A DNA stretch of 64,000 bases from Desulfatiglandales bacterium (lineage in GTDB: Bacteria; Desulfobacterota; DSM-4660; Desulfatiglandales; Desulfatiglandaceae), in assembly GCA_963666345.1 (NCBI GenBank), contig OY762721.1, positions 3,744,001 to 3,808,000 of the forward strand. Direction: 5' to 3'. Positions 49,606-58,853 of this stretch are shown here, piece by piece. Under the pieces are notes generated by a model. That model was not told the origin of the DNA. It worked only from the letters and a program-made list of their open reading frames with translations, and ran no database searches. The position numbers were made by a program, and so were the translations under genes. Position 1 is the first letter of the stretch. Every line of letters begins with the position of its first letter.

Positions 49606-49721
49606 ACCGAACCAGGGCGTTCAGTGGGTCACAAAAAGCATACGCCCACTGATTCCCAACGTGTATGCCGGGTGGTTTGAAAGAAGGGGAGTCTCGAGGC
49701 TCCTCCCTATCCCGATTAGAA
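49606..49721 (+). other. attC site whose core GT^TAGAA is split by a 54-bp group II intron remnant (49663-49716)
   Basis: ACCGAAC, perfect stem TCAGTGGG/CCCACTGA, GT, then GTATGCCGGGTGG...CCTATCCCGAT, then TAGAA. Confidence 0.75.
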
Positions 49722-49856
49722 GACTGAAATGGAAAGACGAGGGAAAAGGTCGGGCCTAAGAAAGTCGGCGGTACACTTCCTTGCGATGTCCAATTTTGAG
49801 AATAAGGATCAAAATGATAGGCGACCCCACATGAACCTTTTATTTCCGGATGTAAT

Positions 49857-50483
49857 CTAACTGGTGCTCAAGGCGTCATATATGTCCTTTATGATCTTTT
49901 CCGATGCGCCTTTCATGGCCTTACTCATGGCCTCGGCAAGCGCCCTGGGGGTTTTCTGCGAGCATTCCCGGGTCTCGCGATACACCTTGTCCAGGATCAC
50001 GCGCCTGCTTATGTCGGGCTCGTTCTGCTTTATAAGGGTGATGCCTATGCCGAGCGTGGCCTTCCAGCCGGTCGAGCTGTCCTGTTCATAGAACTCATCG
50101 ACCGAGCCTTCGATCAGATGGGAGGAGCGGGAAACGCTTCCGGGAGAGAGCACCGCGTTGAACAGGCCGGAACGTCTGATGTCGCGTCCTATGAAATAGG
50201 TAGCCAGATCGGCCGGATTCGCCCTCCAGCGGTGGTACGCGTAGTGCTCCCTTTCAAAGGATTTCTCCCTGTAGACTATCTGGTTGGTGTTGTAAAAGGG
50301 CGCCACACTGAATCTTTCAAGTTTCAGGACAAACGGAAGGGGCCTTTTTTCAGTAAAGGCGGGTTCGGCATACTCCAGGGTGTAAAAGGATATCTTGTTC
50401 CTAGGCTGCTTAAGATTGACACATGCACCGAGCATCAGTGATGCAACCAGGACGATTATCATCCCTACCCGTTTTACGTTCAT
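49857..50483 (-). CDS. ABC transport auxiliary lipoprotein (PqiC-like)
   Basis: Lipobox LGAC; IVYR, YHRW; last gene of the Mla/MCE operon. Confidence 0.8.
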   Translation of the reverse strand: MNVKRVGMIIVLVASLMLGACVNLKQPRNKISFYTLEYAEPAFTEKRPLPFVLKLERFSVAPFYNTNQIVYREKSFEREHYAYHRWRANPADLATYFIGRDIRRSGLFNAVLSPGSVSRSSHLIEGSVDEFYEQDSSTGWKATLGIGITLIKQNEPDISRRVILDKVYRETRECSQKTPRALAEAMSKAMKGASEKIIKDIYDALSTS

Positions 50484-50535
50484 GACCTGCTCTCCCTTTC
50501 CGATTAATCCCCATCCGGAAATTAAACGGTGAAAA

Positions 50536-51549
50536 TTAATTACCTTCATTTGATTCAACCTTCCTGGGCAGGGGAGGCTCCCCGAAAATAAGCTGAGACG
50601 GCTGATCCGCAAGCAGCTCAAACACCCTGTTGAGATTTTCACTCGCCCTTTCCATGTTCTGCCCCACCACCAGGAGTTGACGGGTAAGATTGGCAAGTGC
50701 GTCGTCGGATCCCTTTGCCAGGTCAGAGCCCTTTTCCAGGAACATATCGGCCTTTCCTACGGCGACCCGCAGGTCCTCTATGGCCTTTGCGATATTTTCC
50801 CTGTTTTCCCTTATAAGGCCTCCTGCCTGCTCAAGTGTGCTGTCTATCCTGCCCAGGCTTCCTCCGACCCTGCCAAGGAGTGCCCTGGCCGAGCCAAGCG
50901 TCTTTTCAGTTGAAGCCAGTATCTGCTCCCATCTGTCGCTGTCGATTATCCTGTCCACATTTTTGAGTGTGACCTTCAACTGCCCGGATACCCCCTGCGC
51001 GTCGGCATCTGAAAGGAAGGCCGATACATTGTCCAGGGTCGTCTTGATCTTTTGGGAAATACCCGCCAGGTCAACCAGGCGGACCTGGTTTATGATATCG
51101 TCAAGCCCGTGTATCAATTTGCTTATATCGGAAGGTTTTGAAGAGACAATGGGATTGTTGGAGGGAAAATCGATTCGGGGCGACAGGTCTGGTTGTCCCG
51201 GTTTTTTCCTGTCGATTTCAACAAACATGCTTCCGGTAATTCCTACCGTTTTGAGCTGGGCAACCATGCTGCTGTCGAGACTCTGATCGGTTTCCAGCTT
51301 GAGAATCACCTCAATCAGTTTTTCATCAGGTGCAACCCCTATCCTGTCCACCCTGCCTATGGGCACCCCCCTGTATTTCACGGGCGAGTCCTTGTCCAGT
51401 CCCTGAACCGATTCGTTGAAATAGGTGGCGTAGAATTTACCCTTCTGCAGGAACCTGGACATGCCCAGCCATATGAAAGAGGTAAGGGCGATGGTTATTC
51501 CAAACGCCACGAACAGCCCTACACTGAATTTAGCCCTCTTGGAGGCCAT
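50536..51549 (-). CDS. MlaD/MCE domain protein
   Basis: VGLFV TM; SVQGLDKDSPVKYRGVPIGRV; GITG; helical tail. Confidence 0.9.
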   Translation of the reverse strand: MASKRAKFSVGLFVAFGITIALTSFIWLGMSRFLQKGKFYATYFNESVQGLDKDSPVKYRGVPIGRVDRIGVAPDEKLIEVILKLETDQSLDSSMVAQLKTVGITGSMFVEIDRKKPGQPDLSPRIDFPSNNPIVSSKPSDISKLIHGLDDIINQVRLVDLAGISQKIKTTLDNVSAFLSDADAQGVSGQLKVTLKNVDRIIDSDRWEQILASTEKTLGSARALLGRVGGSLGRIDSTLEQAGGLIRENRENIAKAIEDLRVAVGKADMFLEKGSDLAKGSDDALANLTRQLLVVGQNMERASENLNRVFELLADQPSQLIFGEPPLPRKVESNEGN

Positions 51550-52331
51550 CAGGAAATATCCTCCCTGTTTTGTGAGTCATCTTCCGCAAGCCGGTTGAAA
51601 AACCTTTTAACAAACGGATTGCGGCTGTTTTTTTTCAGGTATTCGGGATCGCCTTCAGCCACTATTCCCTTGACTGTCTTGTCCAGCATGATAACCCTCT
51701 GGGCCACACTGAAGATGCTTTGAAGCTCATGGGTCACGATCACCATTGTCGTGCCGAGGCTCCTGTTGAGCCTTAAGATGAGGCTGTCCAGCTCAGCCGA
51801 CGTGACCGGGTCAAGGCCTGCGGACGGCTCGTCAAAAAAAAGGATCTTGGGGCTGAGGGCCATTGCGCGAGCAAGACCCGCCCTTTTTTTCATGCCCCCG
51901 CTTATCTCCGAAGGAAGGTGGTTTTCGTAGCCCCCGAGATTTACCAGGTCCAGTTTCATGCCCACTATTTTCCCTATCAGATCAACCGGCAGGTCGGTAT
52001 ATTCAAGTATGGGCATGGCAATGTTTTCAAACAGGGTCATGGATCCGAAAAGCGCCCCGCTCTGGTAGAGGACCCCTATCTTTCGAAATACCTGGTTGAG
52101 TTGCTCCTCATTGCCGTCCGATATGTCGATCCCGTCGATGGTTATCCTGCCTGACTGAGGCTGCATCAGCCCTATCAGGTGCTTCAGTAGGGTGCTTTTT
52201 CCGCACCCGCTTCCGCCAAGTATGACAAATACCTCGCCTTCATATACATCAAAGGATACGCGCTCAAGTATGGTGCTGTCCCCATAGCCGCCTGTAAGCT
52301 CTTTTACCTGAATCAGCCTGTCGCCTCTCAT
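51549..52331 (-). CDS. MlaF-like ABC ATPase
   Basis: GGSGCGKST, ISGGMKKRAGLARA, FFDEPSAGLDP, VTHE. Confidence 0.92.
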   Translation of the reverse strand: MRGDRLIQVKELTGGYGDSTILERVSFDVYEGEVFVILGGSGCGKSTLLKHLIGLMQPQSGRITIDGIDISDGNEEQLNQVFRKIGVLYQSGALFGSMTLFENIAMPILEYTDLPVDLIGKIVGMKLDLVNLGGYENHLPSEISGGMKKRAGLARAMALSPKILFFDEPSAGLDPVTSAELDSLILRLNRSLGTTMVIVTHELQSIFSVAQRVIMLDKTVKGIVAEGDPEYLKKNSRNPFVKRFFNRLAEDDSQNREDIS

Positions 52332-52339
52332 TAGCCGTC

Positions 52340-53485
52340 CTATCCCCAGTAGCGGAGAATAACCGCGAAAAGGGAATCGATCACGATTATCATGAATATG
52401 CTGCTTACCACGGCCGAGGTGGTCGCCCGGCCTACCGATGAGGGCCCTCCGATCACCTGAAAGCCCCTCAGACATCCTATAAAGGATATTATGAGGGCGA
52501 ATACGCCGCTTTTAAAGATACCCCAGTAGATATCAAAGAGGGTGAGCGTGTCGACCGTCTGATTTATGTAGGCGCTTGCGGTAAGATCCAGCATGGACAC
52601 ACCCACTACAAGGCCTCCCGCCATGGCGAAGATGTTTGAAAAAAGGGTCAGCAGGGGTACCACGATCACGGCCGCGATCATCCTGGGCGCGACAAGAAAC
52701 AGGACCGGATCAAAGCCCATGGTAAAGAGAGCATCGACCTCTTCCGACACCTTCATGGTGCCTATTTCCGCGGCAAAGGCGGACCCTGACCTGCCGGCCA
52801 CGATAATCGAGGTCATAATGGGCCCCAGCTCCCGGGTCATTGCAAGCCCTACAAGGGAGGCCACATATATGTTGGCTCCGAACTGCTGGAGCTGAACAGA
52901 TGACATGAAGGCCATTATGAGCCCGAGCAGGAAACTGATGAGTCCCACAATCGGAAGGGCCGCCACCCCTGTCTTGTGCATGAAAGACAGCGTGTCATCC
53001 AGCCTCAGCCCTCTGGGCCGCCTTGCTATTGAAAAAAATGAAAAGATCACCGAGCCCAGAAAAAAAATCATGTCTCTGGCGTTTGCCATATCACGGATGA
53101 TAGAGTTTCCCAGCCGGACCATGACCCCTTCATTCTGATTCTGGGGCAGGGAAAGGCCTTTTACCAGGGAGGGGAAATGGTGGAGAAATAATATCTCCTT
53201 TGCCTCTTTGCCCAGGTTTTTGAGCCTGTAGTCACCCGCGCCTTCAGAGGAAATCCTTTTAAGCTCGGATAGCAGAAGCACACCGAAATCATCCAGATAA
53301 TTCACCTTTTCCATGTCCACAGTTAGCGAACCGGGCGCGGATTTTCTGAGAATGGAAACAAGGCGCTTGATTATACCGGGTGATGAGGCGGCATCGAGAC
53401 TGCCCTTCAGGGCGATAGTGATACCGTCTTCACCATCCTCGGTTATTTCAAAGCCCGTATTTTCCGAATATCTTTCCGGTTTCAT
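52340..53485 (-). CDS. MlaE-like permease with N-terminal STAS domain
   Basis: STAS-like N-terminus; RELGP, AGRSGSAFAAEIGTMKVSEEVDAL, VGRATT. Confidence 0.92.
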   Translation of the reverse strand: MKPERYSENTGFEITEDGEDGITIALKGSLDAASSPGIIKRLVSILRKSAPGSLTVDMEKVNYLDDFGVLLLSELKRISSEGAGDYRLKNLGKEAKEILFLHHFPSLVKGLSLPQNQNEGVMVRLGNSIIRDMANARDMIFFLGSVIFSFFSIARRPRGLRLDDTLSFMHKTGVAALPIVGLISFLLGLIMAFMSSVQLQQFGANIYVASLVGLAMTRELGPIMTSIIVAGRSGSAFAAEIGTMKVSEEVDALFTMGFDPVLFLVAPRMIAAVIVVPLLTLFSNIFAMAGGLVVGVSMLDLTASAYINQTVDTLTLFDIYWGIFKSGVFALIISFIGCLRGFQVIGGPSSVGRATTSAVVSSIFMIIVIDSLFAVILRYWG

Positions 53486-53489
53486 ATTA

Positions 53490-54800
53490 TCAGGGTCCGC
53501 TTATCCTGAATGATTTTAACTGTTCTTCATCCATGTCGTAATTATTTTTGAGTACCTCCAGGTCCATCTGGAATACTATCCAGCCTGTGGGGCGATCTTT
53601 TTCCCGCAGTCTCATTGCCACTTCAACGCATTTTTTGCCCATCGGGTGGTCGCTGTCTCTTCTGTAGAGACAGAGCACCTTGTGAATCGATCTGTCGTCC
53701 CCCTCAAAGCAGATTCCCGTATAGCTGTTTCCTATCAATTGCTCAGGATCAATCGATTTATCAATGGAATAGGCGTCAAAGACCTTTTTGCCCCGCCCCA
53801 GCAGGACAAGCCCTGAGTATGGCGCGGTCTTTGCGGTCTGAACAGAGAAAAACTGCTTCATCAGGCGGGTGGTTTCCCGTCTGTTTCCGGCTGAAAAGGG
53901 TTTTTCAAGTAGTGATTTCAGGACAAGATAGTCCTTGGCCAGCTGGTTCCGGAGGTATTCCTTCTGAATATCTGAACTGAATGAGCCCTTTTTATAATAG
54001 GGGTACCCGTAAAAGACCGCGGCCGCCATGAGCAGGAGCAGTAAAATCGAAGGGATAAGCCAGTACCTGGCCATTTTGTATCTTCTTTCGATCTTTACCG
54101 TCTCAGTGACATCGCGGCCAAGGGAAAGAATGCCCTGGAAATTGTGGTGACCGTCGTACAGGACCGTAGTGGTGGTGGAGATGAAGCGAACACCCTTTTC
54201 AGGGTGCCTTATCTTGAAGACATCCTTATCCGGCCGGTTTCCCGCCTTGATCTTCTTGAGAAGGTCCCTGTAGGCCGCGGGGTCCTCATATATGTCGTCG
54301 GCGCGTTTTTCTTTTTTCGCGTCCCAGTCGGTGCCGTAAAGGTTCTGCGCCGCACTGTTCCAGGTAAGTATCTTGCCGTCCCTGTCGGTGATCAGGACCG
54401 CGTCCGGGAGTTGATCACAGAACTCCTTGAACCCGTATACCATCTGCCCTGTCTCATCCAGCCGCTGAGCCAGAAGGGTCGCTATCTGCCTTGTAATCTC
54501 GGGGGACTCATTGAGCAGCGTGGACAGGGCGTCTTTGGGAACACGCAGTGCCTCCACATCGCTTGAGGCCTTGACCGTCGCGGTCCTCCTTGCCCCGAGG
54601 AAAAAAGACATCTCACCGAAAAGGCTCCCCTCTTTGGTGATCTCCGATATCTTTTTCTGCCCCTTGAAGATATCCACACTGCCTGAGATAAGGAGGTAGA
54701 GGTCTTCTGAATTGTCTCCCTCAAGGAAGATTATCTGTCCGACATCATAATTCGTGACATACTTTTTCAGATCGGGTCTGTTTATGATGTCTTCCAGCAT
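53490..54800 (-). CDS. cNMP-binding + PAS + TM + extracytoplasmic domain protein
   Basis: FGEMSF...RTATV (cNMP); DAVLITDRDGKILTWN...GRDVTE (PAS/PAC); TM WLIPSILLLLLMAAAVFYGY. Confidence 0.8.
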   Translation of the reverse strand: MLEDIINRPDLKKYVTNYDVGQIIFLEGDNSEDLYLLISGSVDIFKGQKKISEITKEGSLFGEMSFFLGARRTATVKASSDVEALRVPKDALSTLLNESPEITRQIATLLAQRLDETGQMVYGFKEFCDQLPDAVLITDRDGKILTWNSAAQNLYGTDWDAKKEKRADDIYEDPAAYRDLLKKIKAGNRPDKDVFKIRHPEKGVRFISTTTTVLYDGHHNFQGILSLGRDVTETVKIERRYKMARYWLIPSILLLLLMAAAVFYGYPYYKKGSFSSDIQKEYLRNQLAKDYLVLKSLLEKPFSAGNRRETTRLMKQFFSVQTAKTAPYSGLVLLGRGKKVFDAYSIDKSIDPEQLIGNSYTGICFEGDDRSIHKVLCLYRRDSDHPMGKKCVEVAMRLREKDRPTGWIVFQMDLEVLKNNYDMDEEQLKSFRISGP

Positions 54801-55056
54801 GGGTATCCCATCGACTGCGCGGTTGAAGCCCGAGCGATCTTATAAAGATCAGGTTGAAAGGGGCGGCCTAAATGAAAAAAGGGCGGTAAACAATTTGAAG
54901 AGATTATACGAGAACGGCCCTTTTATCAATATCAAATCGAAAATCGCGCACGGTCTTGGAAAAAAGGACCCAAAATATTTGATTATTGACCTGAAGCGGT
55001 TTATGGTTAAAATCGTAAATGATCAAAATCGTGTAAAAAATTCGGAGGTCTTTGTC

Positions 55057-55992
55057 TTGAAAGGAAACATAGTATATGGCCCGGTCCCTTCCAGGAGGCT
55101 GGGACGTTCACTGGGTGTCGATCTTGTACCCTATAAGGTCTGTTCTTATGACTGCGTGTACTGTCAGTTGGGCTCCACAGGCCAAACCGTAATCGAGCGC
55201 AAACCCTACATCCCTCTTGACGCCATACTTTCTCAGCTTTCCAAAAAGCTCAAAAGCGGGGTAAAAGCGGATTTTATAACCCTTGCCGGTTCAGGCGAGC
55301 CCACGCTCAACAGCGAACTCGGCGATATCATAAAAGAGATAAGAAAGATTTCGGACCTGCCTCTTTCCCTTATCACAAACGGATCTCTGTTCTGGGATGA
55401 GCGGGTAAGAAAGGCGGCCGTTGGCGCGGATCTGGTACTGCCTTCACTTGATGCGTGGGATCAGAAGGGTTTTGAGACCATTAACCGGCCCAATTCCGGG
55501 ATCATGTTCAATGAAATGGCTGAAGGACTCGTGACATTCAGCAGGGAATACTCCGGCGCCATATGGCTTGAGATCTTCCTGCTTGAAGGGATAAATTCAA
55601 CGGAAGAGGACGCGGGGCGTTTCAGGGAGTGGATAAAAAGGATGGATCCTGAAAGGGTGCAGATAAACACGGCCGTTCGCCCGCCGGCCGAGCGCAAGGT
55701 GTCCGCGGTTGATATGCCGGGCCTGGATAATTTCTGCCGCCTGCTCGGGGAAAAGGCTGAGATTGTCGCATCCTTTAAAGACCATGATGCGCCGGGAAGC
55801 AAGCCTGGCCTTGAGGCGGATATCCTTGAACTCCTGGAAAGGCGGCCGTGTACGCTGGAAGATATCTCGTCCGGGCTGGGCGTGCACAGAAACGAGGTAA
55901 TAAAATATCTGGATTCGCTTCTTTCAACAGGTCAGGTGGAACAGGTTGAAAGAGAATCGGCCGGATATTACCGGGTCAGAAGGGATTCCTGA
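55057..55992 (+). CDS. Radical SAM protein with C-terminal HTH-like segment
   Basis: YGPVPSRRLGRSLG, CSYDCVYC, GSGEPTL, ITNGS; TTG start after GGAGG. Confidence 0.88.
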   Translation: MKGNIVYGPVPSRRLGRSLGVDLVPYKVCSYDCVYCQLGSTGQTVIERKPYIPLDAILSQLSKKLKSGVKADFITLAGSGEPTLNSELGDIIKEIRKISDLPLSLITNGSLFWDERVRKAAVGADLVLPSLDAWDQKGFETINRPNSGIMFNEMAEGLVTFSREYSGAIWLEIFLLEGINSTEEDAGRFREWIKRMDPERVQINTAVRPPAERKVSAVDMPGLDNFCRLLGEKAEIVASFKDHDAPGSKPGLEADILELLERRPCTLEDISSGLGVHRNEVIKYLDSLLSTGQVEQVERESAGYYRVRRDS

Positions 55993-56009
55993 TTCTGCAG
56001 GGTGATGCC

Positions 56010-56175
56010 GGGGCTCAAAGGTTTAAGGATTAAAGGGTCGAGGTGGGGGAGCCGTTTCCCGCTTTTCTCGCCAACTTATAAGACCGGGGAAACCGGGAAC
56101 CCGCTCCGAGGTTTCCGAGGGGTGGGACTGAGCGAAGCGGAGCGGAGCAAAGAAAAAGCCCCGGCGCCTCCGCTT
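56010..56175. repeat. Octamer array plus fragments of the intergenic repeat family
   Basis: ggggctc aaaggttt aaggatta aagggtcg aggtg then gagccgttt, gaaaccgggaaccc, gcggagcaaagaaa, gccccggc.cctccgct shared with other copies. Confidence 0.65.
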
Positions 56176-56223
56176 ACACTGATTGAGGCGGATATCGGGC
56201 AAAAGTACCATCCTTGATGGAAA

Positions 56224-57381
56224 CTAGATGACCGGTCCCACCATATATATATCCATGGATGCGGTGTAGCCGGAGATCTCAGCCTTTGTCAGCTTGCCTG
56301 AAGCGACCTCCAGGATCTCCGAAAAGAGCCTTTTGCCTGCCGCGTCCATAGACTCCGATCCCCCAAGGACGGAGCTTACGTCCATGTCCATATGATCGTT
56401 GAGCCTCTCCCATGTCGATTCATTGCCTGTTATCTTGATTACAGGTACAAATGGGAATCCCTGCGGGGCGCCCCGGCCGGTGGTGAAGCAGATCATGTTG
56501 CATCCAGCGGCGGCAAGGCCTGTAAGGATTTCAGGCTCCCTTCCGGGAGAGTCCATGACGGAGAGCCCCTTTACTTCGGGACGGACCCCGTATTCATAAA
56601 CCGCCTGGATAGGGGCGGTTCCGGCCTTGGCAATGGCGCCGAGAGACTTTTCCTCGATGGTGGTAAGCCCCCCTTTGATGTTTCCGCCCGTTGGCTGGCC
56701 CCCCCGTATGTCACAGCCCACCGACTTGGCCCTGTTCTCCATTCTTTCGACAAACTCCAAAATCCTGCCGGCTGTTTCTTCATCTTTGGCGTGTTTTGCA
56801 AGGAGATGCTCGGCCCCTATGAATTCGGTTACCTCTCCAAGTATGGATGTGCCCCCGTTTTCAATCAGGATATCCGAGGCCTTTCCAAGCACGGGATTGG
56901 AGGAAAGCCCGGAGGTCGTATCCGAACTTCCGCATTTAAGACCCAGTATAAGTTCGGATGCGTCACAGGGGACCCTTTTATTTTTTGATGCCTCCTGAAC
57001 CATCTTCTGCACCAGCAGTTCTCCGGCGGCTATCGAGCGGGCGGCCCCGCCTTCCTCCTGTATTACAATCTTCTCCACCCTTTTCCCGGTAAGCCTGATC
57101 GCATCCGCCACCTCTTCGACATCAACGCTCTCACAGCCGAGACTCACCAGCAGCACCGATGCAAGATTGGGATTTTTTCCGAGCCCGATCAGCGCGTCCG
57201 TCACCCTCTTAATGTCGACAGGGGTCTGACAGCACCCCTGATGATGTATGAAAAGGGAGCTTCCCGCCACCCTCTTGGAGATTGCCATTGCAACCTCATT
57301 TGCGCAGGTGACCGTTGTAAGAATCCCAACGTAGTTTCTCGTAGCCACTGCGTCCTGCCTTCTGTATCCCATGAATTCCAT
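56224..57381 (-). CDS. UxaA-family dehydratase/lyase large subunit (SuyB/GarD-like)
   Basis: HHQGC, SLGCE, GLKCGSSDTTSG, GNIKGGLTTIEEKSLGA, FTTGRG. Confidence 0.88.
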   Translation of the reverse strand: MEFMGYRRQDAVATRNYVGILTTVTCANEVAMAISKRVAGSSLFIHHQGCCQTPVDIKRVTDALIGLGKNPNLASVLLVSLGCESVDVEEVADAIRLTGKRVEKIVIQEEGGAARSIAAGELLVQKMVQEASKNKRVPCDASELILGLKCGSSDTTSGLSSNPVLGKASDILIENGGTSILGEVTEFIGAEHLLAKHAKDEETAGRILEFVERMENRAKSVGCDIRGGQPTGGNIKGGLTTIEEKSLGAIAKAGTAPIQAVYEYGVRPEVKGLSVMDSPGREPEILTGLAAAGCNMICFTTGRGAPQGFPFVPVIKITGNESTWERLNDHMDMDVSSVLGGSESMDAAGKRLFSEILEVASGKLTKAEISGYTASMDIYMVGPVI

Positions 57382-57418
57382 GAATTTGTTTCTCCTGCTT
57401 TTTTTCCGGTTGAAATGT

Positions 57419-57709
57419 CTACTTCCTGTCGCCCCTGCCTCTAAGGCTCTCAATGTTCTGAACATGCGCGTGAAACCCCGCCTGTATGTCCCGGGTGGCG
57501 GCCCCTATCACCTCTCCATACTTGAGGATCTCCTGGCCGGTCTTTATCCCCCGGATAGCGAATTTGTGGCCGTAAGGAATGTCTTCACGCACGGAAAACT
57601 CCCTTTTTTCTTCCCCCTGCGCAATCAGGATCTTTTCATCCGCGCTTATCTGTCTGAGGCTTGTGGCCACGTTATCCTTTTCATTCAGTCTGATCGCATC
57701 TATGTCCAT
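57419..57709 (-). CDS. UxaA-family SAF-domain small subunit (SuyA-like)
   Basis: DNVAT, IPYGHKFA, KYGEVIG, HAHVQN; start ATG 57709. Confidence 0.88.
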   Translation of the reverse strand: MDIDAIRLNEKDNVATSLRQISADEKILIAQGEEKREFSVREDIPYGHKFAIRGIKTGQEILKYGEVIGAATRDIQAGFHAHVQNIESLRGRGDRK

Positions 57710-57734
57710 GTCTGTCTCTCCTGATTCAAGTTTT

Positions 57735-57885
57735 GACGGCGTCGCAAAAAGTCCAACTGCTGCGTTATGCTTCATCTTTCGTCATTGCGACGTACTGTTA
57801 GTACGCCTCATTCCTCAAGATTCGCAAGCCTTGCATTTGAACTTTCTACTGTGCCGTCTGAATTTTGACTTTTTGCGAATGCATC
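57735..57885. mobile_element. 151-bp MITE
   Basis: Imperfect IRs GACGGCGTCGCAAAAAGTC / GACTTTTTGCGAATGCATC; AAGTTTT direct repeats at 57728-57734 and 57886-57892. Confidence 0.8.
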
Positions 57886-58101
57886 AAGTTTTGAGGTCCT
57901 GTTTCATTTTGGAAAAACCGGCTCTCAAAGCCGGGTCTGAAAACAATGGCGGCCCGCCGTTTGCGGCACGCAATGGACCTTAACATACCTTTATAAAGGT
58001 ATCAAAGTCTATCCTGATTTGCGTCTGTGCCCCCGTTCCCTTGTCCCCGTGTCTTCATGTCTGTCCATCCCTGCTTAAAACCGGATCGGGAGATGAATCG
58101 A

Positions 58102-58782
58102 TCAGAACAATCTATTTACCATGTTTGACACGTTATTTGACCACTGCGAGACTATGTCCGATTTTTCTTCAAAATTACTGCCCCGGGCTATTTTATTGTT
58201 CATTACATCGAAAAATGTCTTTTTCAGTTGTTCTTCGAATTCCCCCGATGCCTCGGAATATCTCTCAAAAACCACTTCGTGGCATCGCACCAGGTCGTGA
58301 ATCCGGTTAAGGGGCAGGGTGTCCCTTAGACCCGTGTCGTTCATGTTTTCATGTATACGGCAGAAGACTATGAACGTATCGGTTTCAAGCCTCAGAAGGT
58401 CCGACCGACGGGCCAGAAGGCGGGCTGCGGTCTTTGTGACCCCGCTGTTATAGGCCGCGGCCCCGGTTATGATCCTGGCGACCTTCCGGGCCTCCTGCGT
58501 TCCGTGATACAGCATGAGCGTGTCGGCAACCGCCTTCAGGGTATCGTAGTCCTTTGTCTTTTTTGCCGTCCATTTGAGGGCGGCCTCTACCTTTCCCTCA
58601 AGTTTAGATCCCCTGTAGATCGAAAGCACGTCCCTTATTTCAGGGACCTTTGACAGGAAGGGGACAGCCTTTTCATAACCCGACCTCCTATGCTTCGAAT
58701 AGGGATACAGGAAAAAATCATTGCCCGGATAATGCCTTGAAATCCTGCGTGACGACTTTGATATCATTTTCATCTTTTTCAA
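58102..58782 (-). CDS. Hypothetical protein downstream of vWA gene
   Basis: 226-aa ORF co-oriented with AAA-vWA; no recognised motif. Confidence 0.6.
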   Translation of the reverse strand: MKKMKMISKSSRRISRHYPGNDFFLYPYSKHRRSGYEKAVPFLSKVPEIRDVLSIYRGSKLEGKVEAALKWTAKKTKDYDTLKAVADTLMLYHGTQEARKVARIITGAAAYNSGVTKTAARLLARRSDLLRLETDTFIVFCRIHENMNDTGLRDTLPLNRIHDLVRCHEVVFERYSEASGEFEEQLKKTFFDVMNNKIARGSNFEEKSDIVSQWSNNVSNMVNRLF

Positions 58783-58853
58783 CTTCTGTTTTGAGATCCG
58801 GCAGGCCGTGGCCTTAACCGGTTGCGCCCTGTCCGATACGAAACCCGGCTGTA

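Larger units (their letters stand above)
30920..49760 (+). mobile_element. Integron gene-cassette array lacking an integrase in this window (CALIN-like), partly decayed
   Basis: Co-oriented genes separated by ~50-65-bp imperfect palindromes with AAC...GTT ends; TA cassettes; mostly AT-richer than flanks. Confidence 0.8.

Noticed and set aside
54754..55056. N-terminal 101-aa extension of the radical SAM ORF
   Set aside because: Overlaps a divergent gene start and promoter region; GGAGG-TTG at 55057 precedes the conserved YGPVPSRR start.
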